DNA of 64,000 nt, from contig JALMLS010000466.1 in NCBI GenBank assembly GCA_038496445.1, positions 372,001 to 436,000 of the forward strand, in the 5' to 3' direction. Shown here one piece after another: positions 12,590 through 25,858 of the stretch; position 1 is the first letter of the stretch, and every line of letters starts with the position of its first letter. This DNA is from Trichosphaerium sp. ATCC 40318 (lineage: Eukaryota > Protista > Tubulinea). The notes beneath the pieces were generated by a model that worked only from the letters and a program-made list of their open reading frames with translations, had not been told where the DNA came from and did not search any database. A program made the translations under genes and the position numbers.

Positions 12590-12859
12590 GGTCTACATGA
12601 TGACACGTCCATCAGCGACTTAAAACGTACAATCAAAGCAGCAGACGTTGAAATAGCCAAGAAGGTAAAGAGAAAGATAGCAGCGCTTCAAGAAGAAATA
12701 GAAGAGGCTAAAATAAGAGAAGAAGGTTATAAGTTTAAAATCGAGCAAATCACCGATTACGCGACAGCTCTTAATGCGAGGCTTGAAGCCATGCGTCATT
12801 ATGCCGCTCAGGGTCCGATAAGTTCTACGAATAAATGTGGAAGCAAAGACATTTTGTGA
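12590..12859 (+). CDS. Short coiled-coil ORF, start uncertain
   Basis: K/E/A-rich heptad-like sequence LKRTIKAADVEIAKKVKRKIAALQEEIEEAKIREE; no clear ATG start or family. Confidence 0.3.
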   Translation, partial: GLHDDTSISDLKRTIKAADVEIAKKVKRKIAALQEEIEEAKIREEGYKFKIEQITDYATALNARLEAMRHYAAQGPISSTNKCGSKDIL

Positions 12860-12992
12860 CTGCTATTAATACGAACAAAGCGCATAAACCAAAAAACCTC
12901 TTTTCATTGGTTTAACATGAGCGCAGTACACAACTTCAGGTAAATACAGTATATTTTGTGTACCAGGCCTCGTAGTAATCGTGTATCGTAGT

Positions 12993-14180
12993 ATGAACCT
13001 CTTGGATATGCCAGTAGAGATTTTAGCGTATATTCTTCAGAAAACGACTCTGGGCAGATATTCAGCAGCGCAAAGTTGTCGTATGTTCCTCTCTATCATC
13101 TACAACATTGTAGGATATCAAGAAATGGAGATTTCGAGCTTAAAAGAAGCAAACGCTATTTGTCAACGTCCAGGTTGTTTGAGAAATACAAAAGTAACCG
13201 TAATAGAAACAAAGAGGTATAACGAAGTAGACGACATAGCAGACGCCCTTGGAGGTCTCAATACAGGGTTAGATAGCTTATTCAATGATGACGATGATAC
13301 AGATAGTACTGTGGATGTCATTGTCAATAGCCATAGTTGGCTCAATTGTCAGTTGTTTGAAGGGTTACGACATTGTCGAGTTGTTCATTCGATAGACTTG
13401 AGTGGTACATCTGTATCGGATTATGGTATATCATCGCTTGGTGGCGTTCACACTATAAACCTATCAGAAACAAATATTACAGATGAAGGCATTAAATACC
13501 TTGCAGGTGTTCATACTATTGACTTGTCTAAATGTAGAGTCATCACAAATAAGGGCATTAAAGCTCTAGCAGGAGTTCATACAATTAACCTTTCATGGTG
13601 TGCGAAAATAACTGATGATGGTGTAAGAGCATTAAAAGGAGTTCATAGTATCATTCTGTCTTTTTGCCATCAAGTTACAAGCACCAGTATTAAGGCACTT
13701 TCAGGCGTTCATACACTTGATATCATAGCTTGTTGCCGAGTTACAGATGATGCGCTTAAAGCAATTGCAGGAGTCCATACTATCAATGTTGCATCTTGCA
13801 GTGGAGTAACAGAGGAAGGTGTTAAAGCACTGAAAGGAGTTCATACAATTACTCTTGGACGTAGGTCAACAGACGATGTTCTTAAAACACTTGCACCTCT
13901 GCATAGAATTAAATTCAAGGGGTGTAAAAATACAACAGATGATGGAATTAAAGCACTTGCAGGAATACACACGATTTCAATTACTGAGTGTAAAAAAATT
14001 ACAGATGAAGGAATTAAGGCGCTTGTAGGAGTTCATACCATTACTCTGTCATTCTGTAATCAAATTACTGATGAAGGTATAAAAGCACTTGTTGTAGCAG
14101 GTGCTCACAAAATTGATATACGCCACTGTGATAAAGTAAAAGGTGATTATTCAAACCTCAATCAAATAAAAAACAAGTAA
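12993..14180 (+). CDS. Intronless F-box + leucine-rich-repeat protein (GVHTIxLS repeats)
   Basis: N-terminal LLDMPVEILAYIL F-box motif; about 11 repeats of ITDEGIKALAGVHTIxLSxC. Confidence 0.85.
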   Translation: MNLLDMPVEILAYILQKTTLGRYSAAQSCRMFLSIIYNIVGYQEMEISSLKEANAICQRPGCLRNTKVTVIETKRYNEVDDIADALGGLNTGLDSLFNDDDDTDSTVDVIVNSHSWLNCQLFEGLRHCRVVHSIDLSGTSVSDYGISSLGGVHTINLSETNITDEGIKYLAGVHTIDLSKCRVITNKGIKALAGVHTINLSWCAKITDDGVRALKGVHSIILSFCHQVTSTSIKALSGVHTLDIIACCRVTDDALKAIAGVHTINVASCSGVTEEGVKALKGVHTITLGRRSTDDVLKTLAPLHRIKFKGCKNTTDDGIKALAGIHTISITECKKITDEGIKALVGVHTITLSFCNQITDEGIKALVVAGAHKIDIRHCDKVKGDYSNLNQIKNK

Positions 14181-14262
14181 TTAGTAGAAGCCGTTTGTTA
14201 ATTTATGTGTACAATTATTATTATGTTTTACTGGAAACAGTTTTTTTAAACAGTGAACTTTG

Positions 14263-17200
14263 TTACACCAGTTTGCTAATTTTTCGGAATGTGTTAGACC
14301 GTGTATTACTTTCTGATACTACAACATCAGGAAAAACATGTCTAACACAAAACTATTAATAAGAATTACAAGATGAAAACATTACCTAAAGTGCTGAAGT
14401 GCACGTGAAGTTATCTTTTTACAACCGCCCAAATCCTGTTGAGAAAAAATGAGAAAGACATTGCAACGAAACAGTGCCTGTAAAAAAAATCTTACCAAGT
14501 ATCTTAGGTTACCTGCGTTCTGTAGTAAAGAACGTAATGAATCAGGTGTTATTTTTTTACATTTACGGAACATAACAGTTTCAAGACGAAGAGAACGAAG
14601 TGCAAGTATTGTAACAACTTTGTTTGTCACTGGGACACCAGATAGATCGATATGTTTGGGTTGAACGGAACGGAAAAGCATTATAAGGTGATTGGCTTTT
14701 ATAACACAACCAGAAACATCAATAGCTTCAAGCTGTTTACACCTAACCAACGAGATTAAAAAAAAAAGAAGGAAAAAAAACAACTTTGTTTGTTTTTGGT
14801 TTGTAGTGGTTTGTGATTTCAATCAAGAAGAAGGACAACCGGATCTATTATATAGAAGACTTACTTTGCAAGTGCGTTGATTGTTTTGCCATTGATTGGA
14901 CACTTTGAAAGAGTTGTAATCCGTAAATTTGGACTCTTTGAAATAACACCAGCAATGCAAGAATCTGATACTTTACATCCCTTTATATGAAGAGCAGTCA
15001 TATTACTACATTTTCCAATAGCAAAATCAGATACTTGTTTACAACCACTAAAGAAAAAGAGCACCATTAAACAAAGATAAAACAATGATTCAAAACATTA
15101 AAAAAAACGAAGCAAGTTCGTCCCAAGCTTACTTAACATTTAGGTGTGTAATATCACAAACAGATAATAGCTTTCCTAAACAATCGTCTGTTACCCAATT
15201 ACATTTTGATAAATCAAGACGCTGTAATTTCGTGTTATGCTCGGCAAGGGCTAGAATACAAGAATCCGAAAGGCACCTAATATCGTGTTTAGAAAACTGA
15301 AGAAAAAAAAACCAAATGACTGGCAAATATCGCTCTGGAATGATTACATACCGACAACCAGATAGATCCAAGGAATGTAAGTTAGGTAGTTTTGGTAACA
15401 AAGCTACCAAATTATCGCTAGAAAGGCTGACACACTCCCTATGTTTTGGAATTAAAAAAAATCTGGACATTTATCAAGCTTTCGTACCCTAGGCATAGTG
15501 TATTCAAGACACTGTTGTGTTCGAAACTCTTAACCAAATGGGCAGCTGTGAGTTGTGGTAGGTTAGATAAATCCAAAAATTCTAACGTGGATGATGTCCT
15601 TTTTACAATAACACTGACTTCAGCTTCAGATATATTACATTGAGCAAGTGCTAAGAATCTCAAACCAAGTGACAAAGATAATTTAGTATCACCTAATGAT
15701 GTAGCTATGCCATGACAACCGATTAAATGCAATCTACCAAAAATAAACACAAACAATAACAAAGAAGCGAGTTATTGGCGAAGAAGCACAAAAGAAGAAA
15801 AAAAACAAAGCGTACCCAATAATTGATTTTAAGCCTTTCAGCGATCGTATTAATGACTTTGATGTAACGTTCATTTGACATTGTGAATCAGAGGTCTTAT
15901 CAAGTGTGATAATTTTGAATTGAAAGTGCTTGGATACACTATCCAAGAAATCATCAGTTAAGATACAACACCAAGATGAGTTAAGTTGTGTTAGTGTGCA
16001 ATCATGTGCGAAAAGTTCCATAAGTGTAGCTAAACGGAAGTCGTTTTCTTTGGTTTCTATGTCTTGTAGCCATGCGGATATTCTCTTAAATAATTGTGGT
16101 TGTTGCATAATAGCCTTGTGATATTGTTGTGCAGCTCTGATGTACGACTTTAAGCGAAGTTAAGGTGTGAAAAAAACAAGAAAAATAAATGGATCCACAT
16201 ACGTCTCGAACTGCCCCTTCGTTCTCAATCCCGATGAGGTAGTTCTTTGCTTGACGAACTAAAACATGTCCTATATGCAAATATACTCCAAACAAGTCAA
16301 CGTTAGACATGACAAGCAAGTTCGATAGCCTTAAAGTTGTAGCAGCTGCCTCTTCCTTTGAGGAGATCGATTTATTATCAGCAAACTTGTGTAAGTTATT
16401 CGTCATCTGAAGTAAATACATTGAGTTGCTGCAAGCAACATTATTCGATGTATGTGCGTATACAGCAGAGCATTGTTTGTGCAAGAATGTTATAAGCTCT
16501 ACAAAGAAAAATAAGCTAGAATATGGTCATAGAAGTATTTGTTAACCGTTTCGAAGAAATCCTGAACTGTTATCCTTTGATGAACGCTTAAACGATTTGC
16601 GATTTTGACGGCGTATTCTCAATGCCACTCGGCTGTTTAAAAAGTAAGTAAAGATAACCTGTACATTAAAAAAGATTGAACGTACGTTGAAGAATCTCGG
16701 ATAGAGAGAACTTCTTCGCCTTCGAGAAATCTCTATGGTAGAAGCATTAGAATCAATCGTTGCTAAGAATATGGCACCCTTATAAGTTCAAAACAATCAA
16801 GAGCAATCTGGCAGTAGTTCTCAGCATTGAACCATCCAGGAGAAAACCGTGCTAGCGCAGTAACACCGAGCTAAGAAGGAAACACGTTTAGAAATAGAAA
16901 ACAGTTGCACATTGACGTCTTCTCACCTCATAAAGAGCTTTTGTTTGTCTTATCTCAGAAAACTTATCTGTAGCATCTTGCCAAGCTTTTATTGATTCTG
17001 CTCCGATAGTACGCATACCAATCTGGTATAAAAGCATACCATGCTTTTTAAGTGTTTGAACATTGCTGTTAGCTTTATTAAAACGCTCATCAGAAAGTCT
17101 AAGTAATCTTAGTGCTGCTGGGTGTCTCGGTCCCTACAGTACAACTTTAGCGAGAGTAGCTATTGACACGTTATTGTGTTACCTTAGCCATTGCTTGGAT

Positions 17201-20200
17201 ATAAAAAGCTTCAGCTTCTGCTGCACTAACAATATTCATAACTTTGACTTCCACAGACATTCTTTCAATATCCTAAACAGTTTGTCTGTCAATAATTGTT
17301 GGTAAAATTGAACATACAGGTGTCACAATATCAAAACTACTTGGAGCGAGTTGTAGTTCCTTGAAAGAAAAATAAGTAACCGAAAAAAAAAAGAGATAAA
17401 ACCCATACTTCGTTGGCTTGCTTTGTCAAGAATACATTAGTAAGCTCTTGTACGCGCTTCATTAGACTGTACATATCAAGACTACTCTTTATGTTGATAT
17501 TTTTCCGCTCTTCCTTGGTGGTAAACCCAGGATGAAATTTGGCCTAGTTTTTTATCAGCCTCAAACAATCACGTGGCAAGTTTTTATAAATATACCCTTG
17601 TCAGTTTTCTTATATCTACATCCCAGTACTGAGAAGACATTGTCTCATGAGCTCCAAGAATAAGGTTAAAGTAATCTATTGTTACTTTAACATAAGGCTC
17701 TTCGGCAATAGTTTTCAAACATCTCATCTTCGCTCTGAGCCGGCTCTCCCATTCTTTTTTTATCTACAGTAAAACCTCACTTAGAAAAAGTACTAAACAA
17801 GAATACATCTCTGTACGTACAATACGTGCTATCATCTCTGTAAGCAGTATTTGTTGTATTTTTGTGTTCTCTACTAGACATCGCAGTTTTCCAAGGTATC
17901 TCAAGTTAACACCATGCTTATGAAGAACAGTAGGAACTTGACAAGCTTCTAATAACTCTATCTCTTGGTTTTGTAACTTTGCTGCCAGTTTTGGAACAGT
18001 TACAGTCTACAAACAACTATTTAACAATATGGTACTTAAGTGTCTCTTACCCATAAATAATCAGTAGCCTCAGAAGCCTCCTTGTTATGCTCTCTACGAT
18101 TGTTCATCCCACCAAATCGTGAATAAGCATCAGAACTAAGTGGTTTCATGTATGTACGTAAAAATTCTACAATATGATTAACAAGTACGTCTTGTTGAAT
18201 CAGCTTGTACCTGGTCTAAAATGCATTGTCAAGAAAGAGCTATCTTTCTTAGGTGGACGTGTTGGAGGGAATACACGAGCACAATCTAAAACATAGTAGC
18301 GGCCATCCTAAATAACAATAAGAGCGCAAGAAAAAAAACTAAAGAAACAGCTTACATAGCCCTTGTGCCCTTCGATGTCTGTCGGCATGTAAGAATAGGT
18401 TATACACTCTCCCATGCCAACCGTATGCTTCTTTAGGTTAAGTTTCTGACCTAGCTGTTGCATTTTGGCGTTCATGCTAACATCAGATGCCAAAACCGTT
18501 TGACCTCCATCAGATGAGCCCTGGTAAAAAGCTAGTTAAGTACGTTTATAGCAAAGCTCTGAGCATATACGTAAATAAGAGTATGCTTATCTATTGGCAC
18601 AATACTCATCGCCACTAGCCTAAAACCACGGTAATCAACCAAGCAAATGAGAGGCACATGCAGATCAGGAATTCCAGAATTATGCACTGCCATACAGGCC
18701 TTGTTAAAATTAACATAAGATTTGTGAAACTGCGTTTTCTTTCAAGTCTTTACCTTAAATTCTAAAGCAGCGGATTTCTACATGCAATCATTAAAGTCTT
18801 TTAACACTAGAGATAATGATATCGTACCATTGCATGTTCGTGTCCACCATATATCTTTTTCCAATCCAATGCGTATTTGAATAATATACCACCATGTCTT
18901 TAAAGAGTCAAAGAAGAAACACGTGGTTTGGTCCAAAACTGTTTACGGGAAAAAAAAAAAAGATACACATATTTTGGGCCACCTCCGACACCAGGCATAG
19001 TTGATGACTAATAGACTGTAAACCCAAGCCCAAAAGCATAAGTAAAATTCTTATTTACGCACAGGCTTGATTGTTTTGTACTTAACCGGTACAAACGTCT
19101 CTTCTATTATGATACGACCAAAAAGCATAGCAGTGTGCTTGAAGTCATGTGCAACTGAACGAAGGTTTAAGTATCTTTTAAGAACAGCACGTTCACTCTC
19201 TGTAGGCATCTCAAGAATATCCTTACAAAAGAAGTAAGCACACAAGTACACTCCAAACTAATGGAAATTAGTTAGCAGCAAAAAACTAACCTGAAAACGT
19301 TGGTTCCAATCTATGTTAAACTTCCTTTCACTATTGTTGTTATCACTTTTCTTCACTTGACGTGTTTTTATTGTATATACTGAAGACCCATCTGAAGAAT
19401 CATCACTCTAGGAACAAGACATGCCAGTCAATCGTTGACAATATAAAAACAATCAAAAAAAAAAACTTCTTTTCGTACTGCATCTGGTGAGTTTGTTTGG
19501 TATGATCGTAGTATCTCTTCACATTCTTCACCATCCCCGGAGCTCGCAGAGTAGGCACCTTCGGCAGAATCCGGATCAACTACATAAGCTGATGGCTCAT
19601 TCGAATCACGCTTCCTTCTTGGAGACAGTTGGTTCTCTGCCTCATCCAGCACATACCCTTCAAGTTCGCCTTTGCTTACACGTGACTCAGCATCTACTAC
19701 ACCATTATTGGTTGATGTCAAAACAATAAAGAAGTATACTTACCATCATAAGGTTCGATGACATTCTTTGTTGGAAGACGGCCTATTTTCATAAGAAAAG
19801 TCTAAAAACATGGCACGCGATACGCGTGACCTTACCAGAACTTCCTAACTTCTTCATCTCACCTGACCCAGACGAGTCATCATCGTGAGAAACCTAGTTG
19901 TAACGGTTTTTAATTAAAGTGATACAAGAAGAGCTTAATTAGTGAATAACGGCTCTATGTAAGTTTTTATGGCGTCTACGCCATTAAAAAATGTGGAATT
20001 GTACAAGGCCATTTAGAATCTGTGATTTTGCTTGACGTTGCCGATAAAAAATTCTATGTACCTTGCTTGCTACGCTACAGCGTTAGTTTGTTGATTTCGA
20101 AGGTGACAAAAGTCGTACCACGCCTCTTTTTAATTTGCTTTTTTCTGGCTCTTGAGAATGGCTGTTCTGCACTTGAGCTTTCTTCTGACGTTGTATCATC

Positions 20201-20278
20201 GTCGTAAATGTCATCTATGTACGGTTCATCGTCATCTAGTGATTTACGATGTGTCCATACTAAGTGGAACATGCTCAT
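14263..20278 (-). CDS. Clu-domain protein with helical/TPR region and C-terminal LRRs, many exons
   Basis: Spliced motifs DWNQRFQ, GGGPKY, FKYALD, VDYRGFRLVAMS, YGSSDGG, DIEGHKGYDGRYYVLDCARVFPP, LHKHGVNLRYLG; C-terminal LxxLDLSxC LRRs (14380-16000). Start uncertain. Confidence 0.8.
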
Positions 20279-20494
20279 GGTGTATTGGAGTTAATGTGTG
20301 CGTTTTAAGCACTTTATTTGCGAATTACTGTTGTTGCATAAACTATGTTGTGACGGTTGACTTATTGGGTTTTATGAGGTATTACAATACGTTGTTAGGT
20401 ATTACTTCCGCTGGATACCGACGTGCGGCTTAAAATTGTTAAGCAAGCAACAATCCCTGCCAAACGACTGATGCGCGTATAGCTAGAAGCTAAT

Positions 20495-23400
20495 ATGGCT
20501 GGTAAGTAAAATAGGAGTAACTGGTGGTGACATTTTTAAATAAACGGAATAGAGCAACCGAGTCCTTTATTAGCGTACAGTGGCATCGACAGTGAATTTA
20601 TTGACAGCACAGACTACACTAAAACACCAGAGTTTATAAAATTGAACCTAGCAGGTATAAACGACGCAATTATAGACAATAACGCGTGTAGGACGTAATT
20701 GGAACGAAGAATGGCAAACTTTGATTGAGCAAAGCTCAAACGACACGCAAGTAGAGCTGGCGCGCATTAAAAAACTAAGAGAACTCGCAGACGAGTTTGC
20801 AATCGAAGCAACGCGAGTTGGAACTGTACGTCCTTCGCTGCCAAAATCTCTTTCACTATCACCAACAGCTAAACCCGTTTAACTACAGATCATTATAAAT
20901 GAACGTTTCTTACCTGATGATAAAAAAACAATACTACCAGGCACTCATTGGTTTCTTGGTGTAGCAGGTGCGTTTAGAAAAACAAAGAAGTAGGTGTTGA
21001 CTGTTTGTATGAAACAGGAGGTGAGAAATACGTCAATGATGGAATCTTTTTCAAGTTTGCTCTTGACAAGAATGGTCTTTATGGTGGAGACTACGGAATG
21101 ATGAAAACAGGTGGTCATGAACTTAAATCTCTAATGGCTTTATACGGTACTCGCGTGAGAGGGTTACATTTTCCATTGGTTGTTGTCATTGACTACAGGT
21201 GAGTATTGTTTCTAAAATTAACAAAGGGATTTTTTTCACGTGTTTTCTCACTTGTAAATAGAGGGTTTCGCCTAATAGCGGAGAGCGTACTTCCTCTTGG
21301 CTCAGAGTACGAGATTTTGTTTATTCAAACACATGATACTACTGTCTGTTTGCGAAGCAGTATAAATCTTTCAGTTTTGAAAAAAAAATAATCACGTGAC
21401 CTGGCTAATCCTGGATTAATAGTACGATTGTATACGGTTCATCAGATGCGGTAAGACTGTTCACGCCAGTGACGAGGAGATGGTTGTTCGTATGAAGCGT
21501 GTTGCAAAGGTAAAACAACAAGTTCACATGTGACTAGAATCTACTTTTTTATTCTGGTTTTACCATAAATAAGTTTCTTTGAAAATAACTGCCTTTACGT
21601 AGGAACTTAATATCGCCAGTCACACTGTACTTGATTGGTCAGAAACGAAGCAAGTTACTTTATGTGGGCCTATAGATTGCGAAGGACACCGTGGACGTGA
21701 TAAGAGGTTATATGTAATTGATGCAGCGCGTTGTACGTATATAAGTGCTTAATTACACTTGAAGCCATCACATAGCACCCCTAATGATACTAGTGTTTCC
21801 TCCTGAACCACCCAATCCGAAGTAAGTCTTATTTTTATAAAAGTTTTAAGGAAGTACCAGTTGTGTTGATCTTTTTATTTTAGAATCAAAGCATCGTACT
21901 TGTTTCGGTTACTACGTCCTGAACTCGTAAAGAAAGCACCAAAACCACTGTGTCCTGACGCTTATTCACAGTTTAAAGTTGAGGACAAAGAAGAGTATGA
22001 AAAGGATATTAACCAAGCAGTAGCGTACGCGTTTTTAGACTTTTGCTGGGTTTTTTGTTTTCAGGAACTCTTTTTCTTCTTCAAAAAAAGTATTGTCCTT
22101 TCTTGGTGTCACTCCCAAAAGTAAAAGTTGTTTTAGTGTGTTACACGACGAGATTATTCCCGAGTTTACAGCGTGGCTAGAGGGTGATTGTAAACAATAT
22201 CCAATTGATACCTTTACTGTTGAAGCTTCTCAGCTTGCACGGTTAGTAGGAGAAGCCCATAGAAAAGGCATTAATCTGAGATACTTGGGTGAAGTAAGAT
22301 CTCGCTTAACAGATGTACGAGCACGTGTATTGGTTCTAACGGAACTCGTTGCGAGGACTATTAAAAACCTCTTACGTGCCCAAATGCGTGGTCTACGTAC
22401 TTCAGGTACAGCCGCTAGTTTCATTCAAAATGATTGTAACTTACGATATTTATTAAGATCACAAAAAGTATTATGCATTAGTTGTGTTGTATTTTAATCT
22501 TACTTTTGGTGCACACTCAAAGAATAGCGCCACATTTTGGATGTATTTAAAATCACACATACTAAACTACTTCCCTACTGCTATCGCTCCTGAAGAAGCT
22601 CAAAATCTTGCTAGTCATGTATGCATAATTGCGTTATATCATAGGTATGTAATACTCAGTTTAATTCCGTTTACCTATGATTTCGTAGGTTGCAGAGCCT
22701 TGTTGGTGTCCGATTTCACTTGGCACTTAAGTCTTATCTTGTTAAGCAAGATGATGGCAGTGTTGTACTTCGTGAGCCTCTTCCTGAGGATGGACTTGAA
22801 GAAATATATCCGAAAGTTAAATATACAAACTTGGTAACATTCCATGAGGCTACAGTACTATCAAAAAGAGCGTTACAAGATAACAATGCGGATGGTATTA
22901 ATAGCGACATGTATTTCAAACTTGCTGAACAGAAATACAACATGTCATTACAGATAAAGCCAGACGATTTCAGAGGTATGACTGATATTTCTCTATGGTT
23001 TTTATTGACTCTTATAATAGCACTACATAATTGGGGATTACATTTGATGTTCCAGGGCTTGAGAAAGTATAGACGAGGAGAATTAGATAGCGCTCAATCT
23101 TGCTTTACTCTAGCACAACAAAAATGGACTCAAGCTCTCGAAACTAACCCTCAAGATCACAGGTACGAAAGAGTTATGTATCATAGTTTACTAAGAGACA
23201 TTTTTAGAGCGCTTTTCTTCTGGGGTAATATGATGCAAGAACAATCATCTTTCACCACTGCTACACCTCAAAAACGTACTATTCTATTACAACAAGCTTG
23301 TAAAAAGTATGAAGAGGCTCATAAGATATGTAAAACGAATTTTGATCTACTGTATAACTGGGGAGGCGCTTTATTACAACTTGCACGTATCCTTCGTGAA

Positions 23401-25858
23401 AACGATATATTTCGTAAAGCATGTGAGGTATATGAAGAAGCTTATGTTATGGAACCACTTGCACCTGAAGTTTTATTAAATTGGGCTGTTGTATTGAGCA
23501 AATGGGCACGCTGTTTGTCAGCAAGGCAATCTGAAGAGGATCAAAACAAGGTTTGTGGTTTGAGATTCCATGTTTATTTGTTTTCTTTTGATTAACACTG
23601 TGAAGGCTCAGGAATTATGGAGAGAGGCAGGTGATCGTTTGACTAAATGTACTGCCCTTAATCCGAAGGATAATGAGATTTATTTTAATTGGGGAAACAT
23701 GCTATTTCGTCAGGTTGGTCGGACTTATTATTTCTTACAAAGTTGCTCACCCAAGACATTAGGCTAAAGCTCTTGAAAAGCATAATAATCTTGAAGAAGC
23801 ATTTGGTCGTTATGCAGACGCATCTGAAAAGTACCTTACAGCGATAGAGCTTTGCCCAAAAGACCACGAAGCTCTTTTTAACTGGTGCGTTCTATGTCAT
23901 TCACTATTCTACTGACGATAAAACCAATAGGGGGAAAGGTCTGTTAACACAACTTACAATTGCTGATACAGTGGATAACATTTCTGAACGTCAACTTGTA
24001 TTCACTGCAGAGATGTACTCAAAAGTATTCAGACAGGTTGCTAGCGCACGTATGTACTTGTTTTGTAGAGAGGTGTTGAACTCTAACTCTTTCCGCCAGA
24101 CCCAAGTGGTTTAGATCTAGCAAATATAATAGTCCTTGCAAAGAGCAAGAGACAGGCAATTGCGCAAGTGGCTATATCGCTTTTACACTTTTTGTCTGGA
24201 TTGCCGAATAGTAGCATCAAAAGCATAGCTATTGAAACTCTTGAGTCTCTTGGGGCTAAAGCTCCAACAGTGGAAATTACTTCTACGGATGCTAACGAAG
24301 CGCCTTTGAAAAAAATAGGTGCTTTGCTTATCACACAAGCTGTAGAAAGCCTTGGAACTCTGCAGGCAGGTTTTTGTAGAGTTGTGTATTCTCAACTTTT
24401 TATAGGATCAAAGCAAAGCTACTGGATTAGATGATTATGAAGTGCTTGGACGAGTCGCAGCCACGACAGATAGTTTCAAAAATGCAAGTACACGCTTGTA
24501 CGCACGTTTTGTTTACGCGTTTCTAGGTTTACAAAGTGAGGAAAAACAGTACAAAGAAGCTGTATCTTATGCGTATCGTAAACAAATCGCGTATACGCGA
24601 ACGCACAGGGCTTACAAACTCGAATCAAAATTCATCTAATCGACGAATGAGAAAGTCATTCTTTACTTGTTTAAAGTCTCTAACAGGGAAGCCATTCGTT
24701 GCTCAAGTAAAAAAAGTACTCTACAACGAAAAAAACGAATGTTGTATCATTTACCAGTATGACTTTGGAAGAACTTCGATAGTAAGCAGTTGTGGTACGT
24801 TCAAATTAAAGAAGACAATTTTCTCAAAACCCGAAAATATAGAATTCTGCTCACTAACTTTTTGTCGTTTAGAAGAAAATACAGTTGGTTGCGCTAAAAT
24901 GACAGAAGATACATTAAAATTCTACGTGGCAGAAATTGTTGTTGGTTTATCTTCGCTACATCGCACATTCCTTGCGTACAGTGAGTTAAATCCGGAAGAG
25001 ATACATTTAGACAAACACGGACACGTTGTGCTGCCTAATCTTCCTTTCTCTTCAAACGTAAATACACAACATATGAACCCAGAGTATATACCACCAGAGG
25101 CAAGTATTCTATAGTATCATCCATCAGTTAAAACTAACCTATCAAAATTTTAGGTACACACGGGTGAAACTTACAAGTGCGATTCAGATTGGTATTCTCT
25201 CGGTATTATGATGTACGCTCTAGCAGCAGGGGAAGTACGTAACAACTTTACTCAAACGAAAAGAAGCTTCTTCTTCCAACAATGTTCTACTGTCACCTGA
25301 TTTGTTCACTCACAATGCTTTAAATAGTCCCCTTTCCAATCAGAGAGCGCAACAGAAGTGTTTTACAAAATCCTATCAAATGACATTGTCTTTCCTTCAG
25401 ATTTTTCGGCGTCTCTACGCGACCTCATTGAAAAAGTACCTACAATATACATTCTAAGACTTTCTAAAGCGCTCAGACGTTGTTTTTTCTTCGCTCTCTT
25501 TTTTTAAAAACTTGTGAAACCAAAACGAAAGTTCTGTGTCGCTTTTGTATTTTTTTATCCTGACTACTATTTTAGTTGATTGCTAGAGAACCCTCTAAGC
25601 GATTAAAAACCGCTGCAGCTATAAAAAGTCACAATTTTTTCGAAGGCACAGATTGGCGATTAATCGCAAAGAAAAAAGTTAAACCGCCATTAGTACCTGT
25701 ACGTAAACTTTTTTAATGTTCTTGAAAAAAAAAAACTAAACACTCATTTCTTTCACTAGTACTACGCAGAAAACGATGAAGATCAAGCCCTAGCGCCAAC
25801 CCTTGTCGTACAACCCAAAATGGGCCAGTTCTCGCAAAATTCAGTTGTAGACCCTTGA
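20495..25858 (+). CDS. Clu-domain + TPR + C-terminal AGC-like pseudokinase protein, many exons
   Basis: WNEEWQ, GGEKY, FKFALD, IDYRGFRLIAES, YGSSDA, DCEGHRGRDKRLYVIDAAR, AHRKGINLRYLG; TPR repeats (LYNWGGAL, LLNWAVVL, YFNWGNML); kinase fold with KFYVAEIV, PEYIPPE, DWYSLG and an AGC tail FFEGTDWRLIAKKKVKPP. Confidence 0.85.
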
